Assembly: GCA_964016885.1 (NCBI GenBank)
Contig: OZ024740.1
Location: 309,008,001 to 309,072,000 of the forward strand
DNA length: 64,000 nucleotides
Direction of reading: 5' to 3'
DNA from: Eledone cirrhosa
Taxonomy: Eukaryota
A program made the translations under genes and the position numbers. Numbering within the stretch: position 1 is the stretch's first letter; the number at the start of each line of letters is the position of its first letter. This document shows, piece after piece, positions 24,657 through 42,960 of this stretch. The notes beneath the pieces are model-generated. The model was not told where the DNA came from. It made no database searches and saw nothing but the letters and a program-made list of their open reading frames with translations.

Positions 24657-27600
24657 GCGGGTCTGCTAGATTCATTGAGGGTAAAAAACGATGTTATAAG
24701 CTTTTCTGGGTGGGAAACGACGATGGGCTGGGTGGAGTAGGAATCATGGTAGCAGAAAAGTGGGCAGATAAGATAATAGACGTAAATAGAGTGAACGACA
24801 GAATAATTAAAATAAGACTTGTCCTCAATAGAACTACGGTGACAGTAATATCTGCGTACGCACCCCAATCCGGACTGCCCGGCACTATAAAAGACAGATT
24901 CTATGAGACACTGTTGCTAACTACCTCCCAAATATCTGACAGTGACTATATAATTATTGCAGGCGACCTAAATGGTCACGTTGGACAACATTGTGACGGC
25001 TATGACGAAATCCATGGAGGCTATGGGTTTGGTACTAGAAATGAGGAAGGCTCCAGAATTCTGGAATACTGTGATGCAAATAACCTAACTATCTGTAACA
25101 CTAACTTCAAAAAACGTGACAATCACCTGATTACCTATAGATCCGGGGAACACACAAGCCAGGTAGATTATATCCTTACCAGAAGACGTGACAGAGTGTC
25201 TGTTGTAAACACTAAATCCCTCCCCCATGAAGAATGCACCTCCCAACATAGACTGATAATTAGCGACCTCATAGTCAGGACGAGACGCACCCGACAGCAG
25301 AAGAGGACTATCCTCAGGAGGAAAATATGGAAACTAAAGGACCCCACAGCCAGAAATAAATTTCAAAGCATATTACTTGATGCTTTCGACAGTAAGGAAG
25401 AGCATCTAGAATCGGACAATATAGAGGGACAGTGGAAATTTCTGAAAGCAAACCTGCTGTTGGCGACAGACGAAGTCTGTGGCTGGAGCAGGCCTGTAGG
25501 CAGGAGGAGAGTAACATGGTGGTGGAACAGTAAGGTGGAGGGGTCAATTAAGGCCAAAAAGCAGGCTTGGAAAGTATGGCGGGATGGGGGAAGTAGAATA
25601 GACTATCAAGTGGCCAGGAGGGAAGCTAGGAGAGAAGTGTACTTAGCAAGAAGGGAAGCTGAGGAAAGAAAGTTCAAGCATGTTCTACAACGCGATGACC
25701 AAAAACGTGAGGTGTTCAGGATTGCCAGGCAATGCGTCAAGGAAAACCGTGATATTGTCGGGGAGAAGTGTGTACTTAACGATGATGGCATACTTGCCAT
25801 CACCGACACTGATAAGAAGGTAGCTTGGAAGTGTCACTATGAAAGGCTACTAAATGAGGAGAATAAATGGGAGAAAGACAGTCTCCCCCATATCGACCCG
25901 ATAGAGGGACCAGCAGTGTTAGTCGAGGGGAGTATAATAAGTAAGGCAATCAAGGATATGAAGACTGGTAAGGCGGCTGGGCCTTCGGAAATAGTTGCTG
26001 AGATGCTGAAGGCATCTGGCACGGTGGGACACACCATGGTCACCCGCATAGTTAACCAAGTCGTACAGAATGGGGTTGTTCCGAAGGACTGGCATAGCAG
26101 CATCATCGTTAACTGTTATAAGGGTAAAGGAGACGCCCTAGATAGGAGTAACTATAGAGGCATTAAATTAATCGACCAGGTCATGAAGGTCACGGAAAAA
26201 GTAATAGCGCAACTAATCAGAGAGAGAATTGATCTAGATGAAATGCAGTTCGGGTTTGTGTCAGGCAAAAGCACCACAGACGCTCTTTTCATAGTACGAC
26301 AACTACAGGAGAAGTACCTAGCTAAAGGTAAACCCCTCTACTTAGCTTTTGTCGACCTGGAGAAAGCCTTCGACAGAGTCCCCCGCTCCATTATCTGGTG
26401 GGCTCTTAGAAAACTAGGCGTTGACGAATGGCTTGTGAGGGCTATACAAGCCATGTATAAAGAAACAGTCAGCAAGGTTAGAATTAACAACGAATATAGT
26501 GAAGAGTTTAGCGTAAAAGTTGGCGTCCATCAGGGCTCTGTTCTCAGCCCCCTACTATTTATTATTGCCCTTCAGGCTATAACAGAGGAGTTCAAGACAG
26601 GCTGCCCATGGGAACTCCTATACGCAGACGACCTGACACTCATAGCGGAATCAATGGCCGAGCTAGAGAAGAAATTCCAAACATGGAAGCACGGCCTAGA
26701 GTCAAAAGGACTTAAAATTAACCTGGCTAAGACCAAAGTTCTAGTTTGTAGGAAAGAAAACAAGGCGGCGGTCCCTTCTGGGAAATGGTCGTGCTCGGTA
26801 TGTAGGAAAGGCGTAGGTAGAAACTCCATCTTATGTCCTAAATGCAAAGTATGGGTGCATAAAAGATGTAGTGGGATCACAGGTAAGCTAACTAAGAACA
26901 TAGACTTTACATGTGGCCGGTGTTCTGGTGCAATAAGTAGCAGCAAGTGCCCACAAAATACTAGCTCTTTCAATTGCGCAGAGGGTTTTATAGAAATAGT
27001 GGACAGCTTCCGTTACCTGGGCGATAAAATCAGCAGTGGGGGAGGGTGCTCTGAAAGTACTGTAGCTAGAGTCAGAACTGGTTGGAAAAAGTTCAGAGAG
27101 CTTATACCACTATTAGCTGCTAAAGGGTTCTCCCTAAAAATGAAAGGCAGGTTGTACGATGCCTGCATACGAACAGCAATGTTGCATGGTAGTGAGACCT
27201 GGGCATTGTGTGCAGAGGATATACGCAGACTAGAGAGGAACGAAGCTTGCATGCTCCGCTGGATGTGTAACAGTAATATACGTGAACGGCAAAGCATAAA
27301 CGAACTAAGGAAAAAATTAGAGATAAGAGGGATCAGATGTTGTTTACTCGAGAGAAGGCTGCGTTGGTATGGACACGTGATGCGCATGAAAGTCGATAGC
27401 TGTATTACAAAGTGCAGGGCAATAAAGATAGACGGTAGCCACGGAATAGGCAGACCTAGAAAAACATGGGATGAGCTGATAAACTCCGACCTCACACACT
27501 TACACCTCTCCAAGACAATGTCACTGGACCGTGACCTTTGGCGGTACTCAGTAACAGAGAAGACCCGCCTTGCCAGTAGGCATCTCTAACAAAATACACC

Positions 27601-27944
27601 CCTCCCGCCGCCACCCCCACCCCATCCACACCACCCCGTTCTACGTAAAGTTATGTTGGTGCCGCGCCATCCAGGCCGAAACAAATGAGATCGTGTAGGT
27701 GTCACGACAAAAAAACACACAGTCCACGCTGTAATGTGGCCGTGTAGGCAACACGGTAAAAACCTCCCAGACCCACACTGTAAATGTGGTTGGTGTTAGG
27801 AAGGGCATCCAACTGTAGAAAACCTGCCAGACAGTCCTATGCGAGCAAGACAATCACTCTTGCCTCAAGTGGGACTACCCCCGTCCAAACCCATGCAAGC
27901 GTGGAACACGGACGTTAAACGTTGATGATGATGATGATGATGAT
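24657..27944 (+). mobile_element. RTE family B, longest copy, truncated early in the endonuclease domain
   Basis: Same family as 3809-6918; (GAT)n tail; 28-nt 3' deletion variant. Confidence 0.96.
24659..27589 (+). CDS. RTE endonuclease/RT/PHD ORF, open but lacking its native N-terminus
   Basis: Open from [19 protein letters not shown] to RLASRHL*; the first endonuclease motifs are absent. Confidence 0.85.
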   Translation, partial: GSARFIEGKKRCYKLFWVGNDDGLGGVGIMVAEKWADKIIDVNRVNDRIIKIRLVLNRTTVTVISAYAPQSGLPGTIKDRFYETLLLTTSQISDSDYIIIAGDLNGHVGQHCDGYDEIHGGYGFGTRNEEGSRILEYCDANNLTICNTNFKKRDNHLITYRSGEHTSQVDYILTRRRDRVSVVNTKSLPHEECTSQHRLIISDLIVRTRRTRQQKRTILRRKIWKLKDPTARNKFQSILLDAFDSKEEHLESDNIEGQWKFLKANLLLATDEVCGWSRPVGRRRVTWWWNSKVEGSIKAKKQAWKVWRDGGSRIDYQVARREARREVYLARREAEERKFKHVLQRDDQKREVFRIARQCVKENRDIVGEKCVLNDDGILAITDTDKKVAWKCHYERLLNEENKWEKDSLPHIDPIEGPAVLVEGSIISKAIKDMKTGKAAGPSEIVAEMLKASGTVGHTMVTRIVNQVVQNGVVPKDWHSSIIVNCYKGKGDALDRSNYRGIKLIDQVMKVTEKVIAQLIRERIDLDEMQFGFVSGKSTTDALFIVRQLQEKYLAKGKPLYLAFVDLEKAFDRVPRSIIWWALRKLGVDEWLVRAIQAMYKETVSKVRINNEYSEEFSVKVGVHQGSVLSPLLFIIALQAITEEFKTGCPWELLYADDLTLIAESMAELEKKFQTWKHGLESKGLKINLAKTKVLVCRKENKAAVPSGKWSCSVCRKGVGRNSILCPKCKVWVHKRCSGITGKLTKNIDFTCGRCSGAISSSKCPQNTSSFNCAEGFIEIVDSFRYLGDKISSGGGCSESTVARVRTGWKKFRELIPLLAAKGFSLKMKGRLYDACIRTAMLHGSETWALCAEDIRRLERNEACMLRWMCNSNIRERQSINELRKKLEIRGIRCCLLERRLRWYGHVMRMKVDSCITKCRAIKIDGSHGIGRPRKTWDELINSDLTHLHLSKTMSLDRDLWRYSVTEKTRLASRHL

Positions 27945-28009
27945 ATCTATGTATATATATATATAGCTATGTATATATATATATCTATGTATATATATAT
28001 ATAGCTATG

Positions 28010-28043
<34 letters not shown>

Positions 28044-28503
28044 GCTATGTATATATATATATATAGCTATGTATATATATATATAGCTATGTATATATAT
28101 ATATATATCTATGTATATATATATATAGCTATGTATATATATATATATAGCTATGTATATATATATATAGCTATGTATATATATATATATAGCTATGTAT
28201 ATATATATATATAGCTATGTATATATATATATATAGCTATGTATATATATATATAGCTATGTATATATATATATAGCTATGTATATATATATATAGCTAT
28301 GTATATATATATATATAGCTATGTATATATGTATATATATATATAGCTATATATGTATATATATATATAGCTATGTGTATATATATATATATATATAGCT
28401 ATGTATATATATGTATATATATATATAGCTATATATGTATATATATATATAGCTATATATGTATATATATATATAGCTATGTGTATATATATATATATAT
28501 AGC

Positions 28504-28542
<39 letters not shown>

Positions 28543-28563
28543 CTATGTATATATATATATAGC

Positions 28564-28596
<33 letters not shown>

Positions 28597-28731
28597 CTAT
28601 GTATATATATATATAGCTATGTATATATATATATATATATATAGCTATGTATATATATATATAGCTATGTATATATATATATATATATATAGCTATGTAT
28701 ATATATATGTATATATATATATATATATAGC

Positions 28732-28766
<35 letters not shown>

Positions 28767-29637
28767 CTATATATATATATATATATAGCTATGTATATAT
28801 ATATATATATATAGCTATGTATATATATATATAGCTATGTATATATATATATATATAGTTATGTATATATATATATATAGCTATGTATATATATATATAG
28901 TTATGTATATATATATATATAGCTATGTATATATATATATATATCTATGTATATATATATATAGCTATGTATATATATATATATATCTATGTATATATAT
29001 ATATAGCTATGTATATATATATATATATCTATGTATATATATATATAGCTATGTATATATATATATATATCTATGTATATATATATATATCTATGTATAT
29101 ATATATATATAGCTATGTATATATATATATATATCTATGTATATATATATATAGCTATGTATATATATATATATATATATCTATGTATATATATATATAG
29201 CTATGTATATATATATATATAGCTATGTATATATATATATATAGCTATGTATATATATATATAGCTATGTATATATATATATAGCTATGTATATATATAT
29301 ATAGCTATGTATATATATATATATAGCTATGTATATATATATATATATCTATGTATATATATATATAGCTATGTATATATATATATATAGCTATGTATAT
29401 ATATATATATAGCTATGTATATATATATATATAGCTATGTATATATATATATAGCTATGTATATATATATATATAGCTATGTATATATATATATAGCTAT
29501 GTATATATGTATATATAGCTATATATGTATATATATATATAGCTATGTATATATATATATAGCTATATATGTATATATATATATAGCTATGTGTATATAT
29601 ATATATATATAGCTATGTATATATATATATATATAGC

Positions 29638-29674
<37 letters not shown>

Positions 29675-29690
29675 CTATGTATATATATAT
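27945..29690. repeat. tagctatg-(TA)n minisatellite
   Basis: Same unit as 24190-24656 and 31599-31780. Confidence 0.95.
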
Positions 29691-30743
29691 ATCATCATCA
29701 TCATCATCATCAACGTTTAACGTCCGTGTTCCACGCTTGCATGGGTTTGGACGGGGGTAGTCCCACTTGAGGCAAGAGTGATTGTCTTGCTCGCATAGGA
29801 CTGTCTGGCAGGTTTTCTACAGTTGGATGCCCTTCCTAACACCAACCACATTTACAGTGTAGGTCTGGGAGGTTTTTACTGTGTTGCCTACACGGCCACA
29901 TTACAGCATGGACTGTGTGTTTTTTTGTCGTGACACCTACACGATCTCATTTGTTTCGGCCTCGATGGCGCGGCACCAACATAACTTTACATAGAACGGG
30001 GTGGTGTGGATGGGGTGGGGGTGGTGGTGGTGGTGGGACGGGGTGTATTTTGTTAGAGATGCCTACTGGCTGGAGTAGGTTTTACTATATATTTAGGTAA
30101 GGCGGGTCTTCTCTGTTACTGAGTACCGCCAAAGGTCTCGGTCCAGTGACATTGTCTTGGAGAGGTGTAAGTGTGTGATGTCGGAGTTTATCAGCTCGTC
30201 CCAGGTTTTTCTAGGTCTGCCTATTCCGTGACTACCGTCTATCTTTATTGCCCTGCACTTTGTTATACAGCTATCGACTTTCATGCGCATCACGTGTCCA
30301 TACCAACGTAGCCTTCTCTCGAGTAAACAACATCTGATCCCTCTTATCTCTAATTTTTTCCTTAGTTCGTTTATGCTTTGCCGTTCACGTATATTACTGT
30401 TACACATCCAGCGGAGCATGCAAGCTTCGTTCCTCTCTAGTCTGCGTATATCCTCTGCACACAATGCCCAGGTCTCACTGCCATGCAGCATTGCTGTTCG
30501 TATGCAGGCATCGTACAACCTGCCTTTCATTTTTAGGGAGAACCCTTTAGCAGCTAATAGTGGTATAAGCTCTCTGAACTTTTTCCAACCAGTTCTGACT
30601 CTAGCTACAGTACTTTCAGAGCACCCTCCCCCACTGCTGATTTTATCGCCCAGGTAACGGAAGCTGTCCACTATTTCTATAGAACCCTCTGCGCAATTGA
30701 AAGAGCTAGTATTTTGTGGGCACTTGCTGCTACTTATTGCACC
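29691..30743 (-). mobile_element. RTE family B 3' fragment
   Basis: Minus ORF 30093-30671 matches the RTE C-terminus; (ATC)n at the left end. Confidence 0.95.
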
Positions 30744-30765
30744 TATATATATATATATATATAGC

Positions 30766-30826
<61 letters not shown>

Positions 30827-30832
<6 letters not shown>

Positions 30833-31598
30833 TAGAAATAAGAGGGATCAGATGTTGTTTACTCGAGAGAAGGCTACGTTGGTACGGTCACGTGATGCGC
30901 ATGAAAGACGACAGCTGTATAACAAAGTGCAGGGCAATAAAGATAGACGGTAGCCACGGAGTAGGCAGACCCAGAAAAACATGGGACGAGCTGATAAATT
31001 CCGACCTCACACGCTTACACCTCTCCAAGACAATGTCACTGGACCGAGACCTTTGGCGGTACTCAGTAATAGAGAAGACCCGCCTTACCTAAATACAAAG
31101 TAAAAACCTACTACAGTCAGTAGGCATCTCTATCAAAACACACCCCCGTCCCACCACCTCCACCCCACCCACACCGCCCCTTACAATGTAAAGTTATGTT
31201 GGTCCCACAACATCCAGGCCGAAACAAATGAGATCGTGTAGGTGTCACGACAAAAAACACACAGTCCACGCTGTAAATGTGGCCGTGTAGGCAACACGGT
31301 AAAAACCTCCCAGCCCCACACTGTAAATGTGGTTGGTGTTAGGAAGGGCATCCAGCTGTAGAAAACCCGCCAGACAGTCCACGCTGTAATGTGGCTGTGT
31401 AGGCAACACGGTAAAAACCTCCCAGCCCCACACTGTAAATGTGGTTGGTGTTAGGAAGGGCATCCAACTGTAGAAAACCCGCCAGACAGTCCTATGCGAG
31501 CAAGACAACCACTCTTGCCTCAAGTGGGAAAACCCCCGCCCAAACCCATGCAAGCGTGGAACACGGACGCTAAACCTGATGATGATGATGATGATGAT
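30827..31598 (+). mobile_element. RTE family B 3' fragment with ~113-bp tandem duplication in the 3'UTR
   Basis: 31261-31373 is repeated at 31374-31485, bounded by acagtcc. Confidence 0.93.
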
Positions 31599-31787
31599 AT
31601 ATATATATATATATATATAGCTATGTATATATATATATAGCTATGTATATATATATATAGCTATGTATATATATATATAGCTATGTATATATATAGCTAT
31701 GTATATATATATATATATAGCTATGTATATATATATATATATAGCTATGTATATATATATAGCTATGTATATATATATATTGTTATA

Positions 31788-31980
31788 CTTTGGGAGGGTC
31801 ATGTTGCCAATAAGAAACACACGCACCAGTTGCTTTCACTTCAATTTATTATATATTTATAAATTTATAAATTTACAAATCTACAAACCCATAAATTATA
31901 AATTTCTGGTTGGTTGGTTGGTTCCACAACCAGATAGTTGTTTATATATATAGATACAAATTCAGAAGCGAAATATACAC
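31788..31980 (+). repeat. Short interspersed family C
   Basis: atgttgccaataagaaacac...aaattcagaagcgaaatata. Confidence 0.7.
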
Positions 31981-34373
<2,393 letters not shown>

Positions 34374-34525
34374 CAGGCATTGCACGATAGAATTAATTAA
34401 TAATTATTAATAGTGGTATATCGTGCAATGGCCATACTCGATAACGAGGAGGCATGTATATAAGTATGTATATATATATATATGTATGTATATATATATA
34501 TGTATATATGTATGTATATATATTT

Positions 34526-35111
34526 TCAGGTCACCAGTTGGTGCTACTGGCAACATATATCCCAGTACAACCTGTCTCATGGTCGGGTCGTTGGTGACTA
34601 AACTGGCAACCCCACCAAGGTTTCTTGGTGAGGAGGGTGACTCGACATCCTGCAGGACTAAAAACAAAACCTGTCAAAGGGCAAAGGAGCTCTTAAGAGT
34701 CAATGGCCATCCAAAATCACCGGGAGAGATGACCCCTTAGCCTTTGTCAAGGCAGAATTCTAGGAGAAGGAAAACTCTGATGGTATCCAATGATGTTGAC
34801 TTGTTCTTCTTTTTGGTAAATATCATCTTGGTTAAGAGAGTGGGACTGGCTTTGTGCAGTGCCTTTGCTCACTATAAAAGCTTCACGGCACAGGCACTGC
34901 TTTATATCTGGAGATCTCTCTGCACTTGTCGTCACATGGTACCATGGGCCCACCACTATGTGTCAATATTTGTCACAAGTGTAGGGTTTGTACCAGAGTT
35001 TTCAAGTCGCTGGCTGGACTAAAAAGTCACACTTGTTCAGCGCATCGGTAGGAGTTCTCCTACATGGATATAAAGTAGTGGCCGTACTCGAAAACGAGTT
35101 GGCAGCCACCA
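34526..35111 (+). mobile_element. Family A, copy 3
   Basis: Same 5' start tcaggtcacc; small internal deletions. Confidence 0.85.
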
Positions 35112-35273
35112 TGTGTATATATATAAGTATGTATGTGTGTATGTATATATGTATGTGTGTATGTATATATGTATGTGTGTATGTATATATGTATGCGTAT
35201 ATATATATGTATGTATGTGTATATATGTATGTATGTGTATATATATATATATATGTATGTGTATATATGTATG

Positions 35274-35314
<41 letters not shown>

Positions 35315-36632
35315 GTATGTGTATATATATATATATGTATGTGTGTATATATATATATGTGTGTATATATGTATGTATGTGTGTATATATGTATGTATGT
35401 GTGTATATATGTATGTATGTGTATATATATATATGTATGTATGTGTGTATATATGTATGTATGTGTGTATATATGTATGTATGTGTATATATATATATGC
35501 ATGTATGTGTATATATATATATGTATGTATGTGTATATATATATATGTATGTATGTGTATATATATATGTATGTATGTGTATATATATATGTATGTGTAT
35601 ATATATATGTATGTATGTGTATATATATATGTATGTGTATATATATATATGTATGTGTGTATATATATATATATATGTGTATATATATATATATGTGTCT
35701 ATATATATATGTATGTGTGTATATATATATATATGTATGTGTATATATGTATATATATATGTATGTGTATATATGTATGTGTATATATGTATATATATAT
35801 GTATGTGTATATATGTATATATATATGTATGTGTATATATGTATATATATATATATGTATGTGTATATATGTATATATATATATGTATGTGTATATATGT
35901 ATATATATATATATGTATGTGTATATATGTATATATATCTGTATGTGTATATATGTATATATATATGTGTATATATCTATATATATATGTGTATATATAT
36001 ATGTGTATATATGTATATATATATGTGTATATATGTATATATGTATGTGTATATATGTATGTGCATATATGTATATATGTATGTGCATATATGTATATAT
36101 GTATGTGCATATATATATGTATGTGTATATATATATGTATGTGTATATATATATATATGTGTATATACATATATATGTATGTGTATATACATATATATGT
36201 ATGTGTATATACATATATATGTATGTGTATATATATAGATGTATGTGTATATATACATGGCTTAGTGGTTAGAGCATTGGCCTTGCAATCGAAAGGTTGT
36301 GAGTTCAATTCTCAGACCGGGTGATGTGTTGTTTCCTTGAGCAAGACACTTTATTTCACATTGCTCCAGTTCACTCAGCTGTAGAAATGAGATGACTGGG
36401 CTCCATATCCAGAATCAGTTCCCGTCCCACCCTTGCAAGCAGGGAAAAAGCGGACGTAAAATGAAATGATGATAAGGATATATATATATGTATATATATA
36501 TATGTATGTGTATATATATATATATACGTATGTGTATATATATATATATATGTGTATATATATATATATGTGTATATATATATATATATATCTGTGTATA
36601 TATATATATATGTGTATATATATATATATGTG

Positions 36633-36667
<35 letters not shown>

Positions 36668-36914
36668 GTGTGTATATATATATATGTGTATATATATATA
36701 TGTATGTGTATATATATATATATGTATGTGTATATATATATATATGTATGTGTATATATATATATATGTATGTGTATATATATATATATGTATGTGTATA
36801 TATATATATGTATGTGTATATATATATATATATGTGTATATATATATATATATATATGTATGTGTATATATATATATATATATATGTATGTGTATATATA
36901 TATATATATATATG

Positions 36915-36945
<31 letters not shown>

Positions 36946-37104
36946 GTGTATATATATATATATATATGTATGTATATATATATGTATGTATGTATGTATA
37001 TATATATATGTATGTATGTATATATATATGTATGTATGTATGTATATATATATGTATGTATATATATATGTATGTATGTATGTATATATATATATGTATG
37101 TATG

Positions 37105-37136
<32 letters not shown>

Positions 37137-37188
37137 TATATATATGTATGTGTATATATATATGTATGTGTATATATATATGTATGTG
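35112..37188. repeat. (TA)n/TATGTG microsatellite, interrupted by a SINE
   Basis: Direct inspection. Confidence 0.95.
36258..36477 (+). mobile_element. tRNA-derived CORE SINE with RTE-type tail
   Basis: A box tggcttagtgg, B box gagttcaattc, CORE-like ccttgagcaagacacttta..cagctgtagaaatgag, RTE-like tail. Confidence 0.88.
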
Positions 37189-38695
37189 TCATCATCATCA
37201 ACATTTAACGTCCGTGTTCCACGCTTGCATGGGTTTGGACGGGGGTAGTCCCACTTGAGGCAAGAGTGGTTGTCTTGCTCGCATAGGACTGTCTGGCAGG
37301 TTTTCTACAGTTGGATGAAACAACCAACCACATTTACAGTGTGGGGCTGGGAGTTTTTTACCGTGTTGCCTACACGGCCACATTACAGCGTGGACCGTGT
37401 GTTTTTTTGTCGTGACACCTACACGATCTCATTTGTTTCGGCCTGGATGGTGTGGCACCAACATAACTTTACATAGGAGGGGGAGGTGTGGATGGGGTGG
37501 GGGTGGTGGTACGGGGGTGTATTTTGTTAGAGTTGCCTACTGGCTGTAGTAGGTTTTACTATGTATTTAGGTAAGGCGGGTCTTCTCTATTACTGAGTAC
37601 TGCCAAAGGTCTCGGTCCAGTAACATTGTCTTGGAGAGGTGTAAGTGCGTGAGGTCGGAGTTTATCAGCTCGTCCTAGGATTTTCTAGGTCTGCCTATTC
37701 CGTGGCTACCGTCTATCTTTATTGCCCTGCACTTTGTTATACAGCTATCGACTTTCATGCACATCACGTGTCCGTACCAACGTACCCTTCTCTCGAGTAA
37801 ACAACATCTGATCCCTCTTATTTCTAATTTTTTCCTTAGTTCGTTTATGATTTGCCGTTCACGTATATTACTATTACACATCCAGCGGAGCATGCAAGCT
37901 TCATTCCTCTCTAGTCTGCGTATATCCTCTGCACACAATGCCCAGGTCTCACTGTCATGCAACATTGCTGTTCGTATGCAGGCATCATACAACCTGCCTT
38001 TCATTTTTAGGGAGAACCCTTTAGCGGCTAATAGTGGTATAAGCTCTCTGAACTTTTTCCATCCAGTTCTGACTCTAGCTACTGTACTTTCAGAGCACCC
38101 TCCCCCACTGCTGATTTTGTCACCCAGGTAAGGGAAGCTGTCCACTATTTCTATAGAGCCCTCTGCGCAGTTGTAAGAGCTAGTATTTTGTGGGCACTTG
38201 CCGCTACTTATTGCACCAGAGCACCGCCCACATGTAAAATCTAAGTTCTTAGTTAGCTTACCTGTGATCCCACTACATCTTTTATGCACCCATACTTTGC
38301 ATTTGGGACATAAAATGGAGTTTCTACCTACGCCTTTCCTACACACTGAGCATGGCCATTTCCCGGAAGGGACCGCCGCCTTATTTTCTTTCCTACAAAC
38401 TAGAACTTTAGTCTTAGCCAGGTTAATTTTAAGGCCTTTTGATTCTAGGCCGTGCTTCCATGTTTGGAATTTCTTCTCTAGCTCGGCCATTGATTCAGCT
38501 ATGAGTGTTAGGTCGTCTGCGTATAGCAGTTCCCATGGGCAGCCGGTCTTGAACTCCCCTGTTATAGCCTGAAGGGCAATAATAAATAGTAGGGGGCTGA
38601 GAACAGAGCCCTGATGGACGCCAACTTTTACGCTAAACTCTTCACTATATTCGTTGTTAATTCTAACCTTGCTGACTGTTTCTTTATACATGGCT
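37189..38695 (-). mobile_element. RTE family B 3' fragment, more diverged, premature stop (RPRKS*)
   Basis: Minus ORF 37675-38691 with LYADD and the PHD finger. Confidence 0.95.
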
Positions 38696-40568
<1,873 letters not shown>

Positions 40569-41176
40569 TCAGGTCACCAGTTGGTGCTACTGGTAACATG
40601 TATCCCAGTACAACCTGTCTCATGGTCGGGTCGTTGGCGACTAAACTGGCAACCCCACCAAGGTTTCTTGGTGAGGAGGGTGACTTTGGACATCCTGCAG
40701 GACTAAAAACAAAACCTGTCAAAGGGCAAGGGAGCTCTTAAGAGTCAATAGCCATCCAAAATCACTGGGAGAGATGACCCCTTAGCCTTTGTCAAGGCAG
40801 AATTCTAGGAGAAGGAAAACTCTGATATAACACCTGCAACCCTGATGGTATCCAATGATGTTGACTTGTTCTTCTTTTTGGTAAATATCATCTTGGTTAA
40901 GAGAGTGGGACTGGCTTTGTGCAGTGCCTTTGCTCACTATAAAAGCTTCACAGCACAGGCATTGCTTTATATCTGGAGATCTCTCTGCACTTGTCATCAC
41001 ATGGTACCATGGGCCCTGCACTATGTGTCAATAATGGTCACAAGTGTAGTCTTTGTACCAGAGTTTTCAAGTCGCTGGCTGGACTAAAAAGTCACATTCG
41101 TTCAGCGCATCGGTAGGGGTTCTCCTACATGGATATAAAGTAGTGGCCGTACTCGAAAACGAGTTGGCAGCCACCA
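40569..41176 (+). mobile_element. Family A, copy 4
   Basis: Full-length match to copy 1. Confidence 0.85.
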
Positions 41177-41178
41177 TG

Positions 41179-41230
<52 letters not shown>

Positions 41231-41238
41231 TATGTATG

Positions 41239-41314
<76 letters not shown>

Positions 41315-41322
41315 TATGTATG

Positions 41323-41354
<32 letters not shown>

Positions 41355-41384
41355 TATGTATGTATATATATATATGTATGTATA

Positions 41385-41445
<61 letters not shown>

Positions 41446-42890
41446 ATATATACGTCTGTATGTATATATATATATGTATGTGTATATATATATGTATATG
41501 TATCATCATTATCATACTTTTCATCATCATCATCATCATCATGCTTTTCCCTGTTTGCAAGGTATGTGTGTGTGTATATATATGTATATTAGATGTATAT
41601 GTATATTATATATGTATATTATATATATATATGTATATTACATGAATATATGTGTATATTATATATATATGTAGGTATATATTATATAAACATATGTATG
41701 CATGTGTATTTATATATATATATATATGCATATGTATATATACCTATATATATATATATATATATATATATGAACTACAAATGCGTATGTGTAGGTATCT
41801 ACTTTTAAAAATAATTAACCACATATTTATTAAAATATTTTCAGAAATAGCGTATCTAATTCTTCATTTCAACCAAGGAAAGGTACCGGCGAGCTGGTTC
41901 AATTACCGCTTACAAGTATTTCACGACACTCATGTCATTTCATCCTACCTTCTGCTAAATATCTCTCGTTTTATGCCAATATAAGAAAGAATTATTAATT
42001 ACGATGGTAAATCATTAATACGAATGAATGAGAATAAAAATAATGTCCACTCTCCAATTGGTTATGTTGGTTTCCTATTAAGGTTTAGGCGAATTTTATG
42101 CGTTGAAGGATCGAACGAACATTTAGCTATGGTTTGACATCCTCTGCATGGCCTCATTGGTTGATTCACCTTTGCCCTCCACCTTTTCAAGAAATGATCT
42201 GTTGCTATGGCTTTATAAATGTGAATGTAGCTCATTGAACCTAGCCTACAATATTATTACAAACGAATCCTGTGCATCCTCGCTTATTTTCTCTGTCTTT
42301 CACTCTCGACTAATGTTCTCTTCCTTAATCACGAATCCCACTGTCTATCGCAATAGTCTTAATCTCTCTAGCTCCATTTATATATATATATATATAAATA
42401 AATTTATTTGCCGCCTATTTCTTCACTAAGCACTTCTTGGGCTTATTTCGTCTGTTTAACTATTTAATTCAATGTCTCGTACTACACACACCCCCACACA
42501 CACTTATCTGTATAATGCACACGAGGCAACCAGACAACCTCTAGCAGTTGTTCGACTTGCTAGAAGTAGCAGCCAAATTTCCTTCAAATTACACACTCGG
42601 ATAATGTGGCCATAGGTTCTCCGCACATTGGAAAGATACGAAATAGTCAAGGCAGGAATACCTTTGCCCATAGGTCCTCTCGACCAGGGATGACCACGAG
42701 ATAAACATCATGCATATTTATATATACTCCTACACATAAATATAATAGGAATATATATTTATACAACAGACACATATCTATATAAACCCTCGAAACGTTA
42801 TTATAAATAGCTTAGAAAATCAGGTAAATTACCCCTATAGATGGAAAAAGTGGTCAGCAACCACTACAAGGAATCGAACTCCGTACTTCT

Positions 42891-42960
<70 letters not shown>

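Noticed and set aside
29691-31598. Twin-priming inversion
   Set aside because: Both segments carry their own 3'UTR and tail and overlap in element coordinates, so they are independent insertions.
36258-36320. tRNA-Cys-like gene (also at 47574)
   Set aside because: No complete cloverleaf; it continues into CORE and RTE tail, so it is a SINE head.
42781-42895. cgaaacgtta followed by an LTR-like end
   Set aside because: No upstream CTGANGA or stem II.
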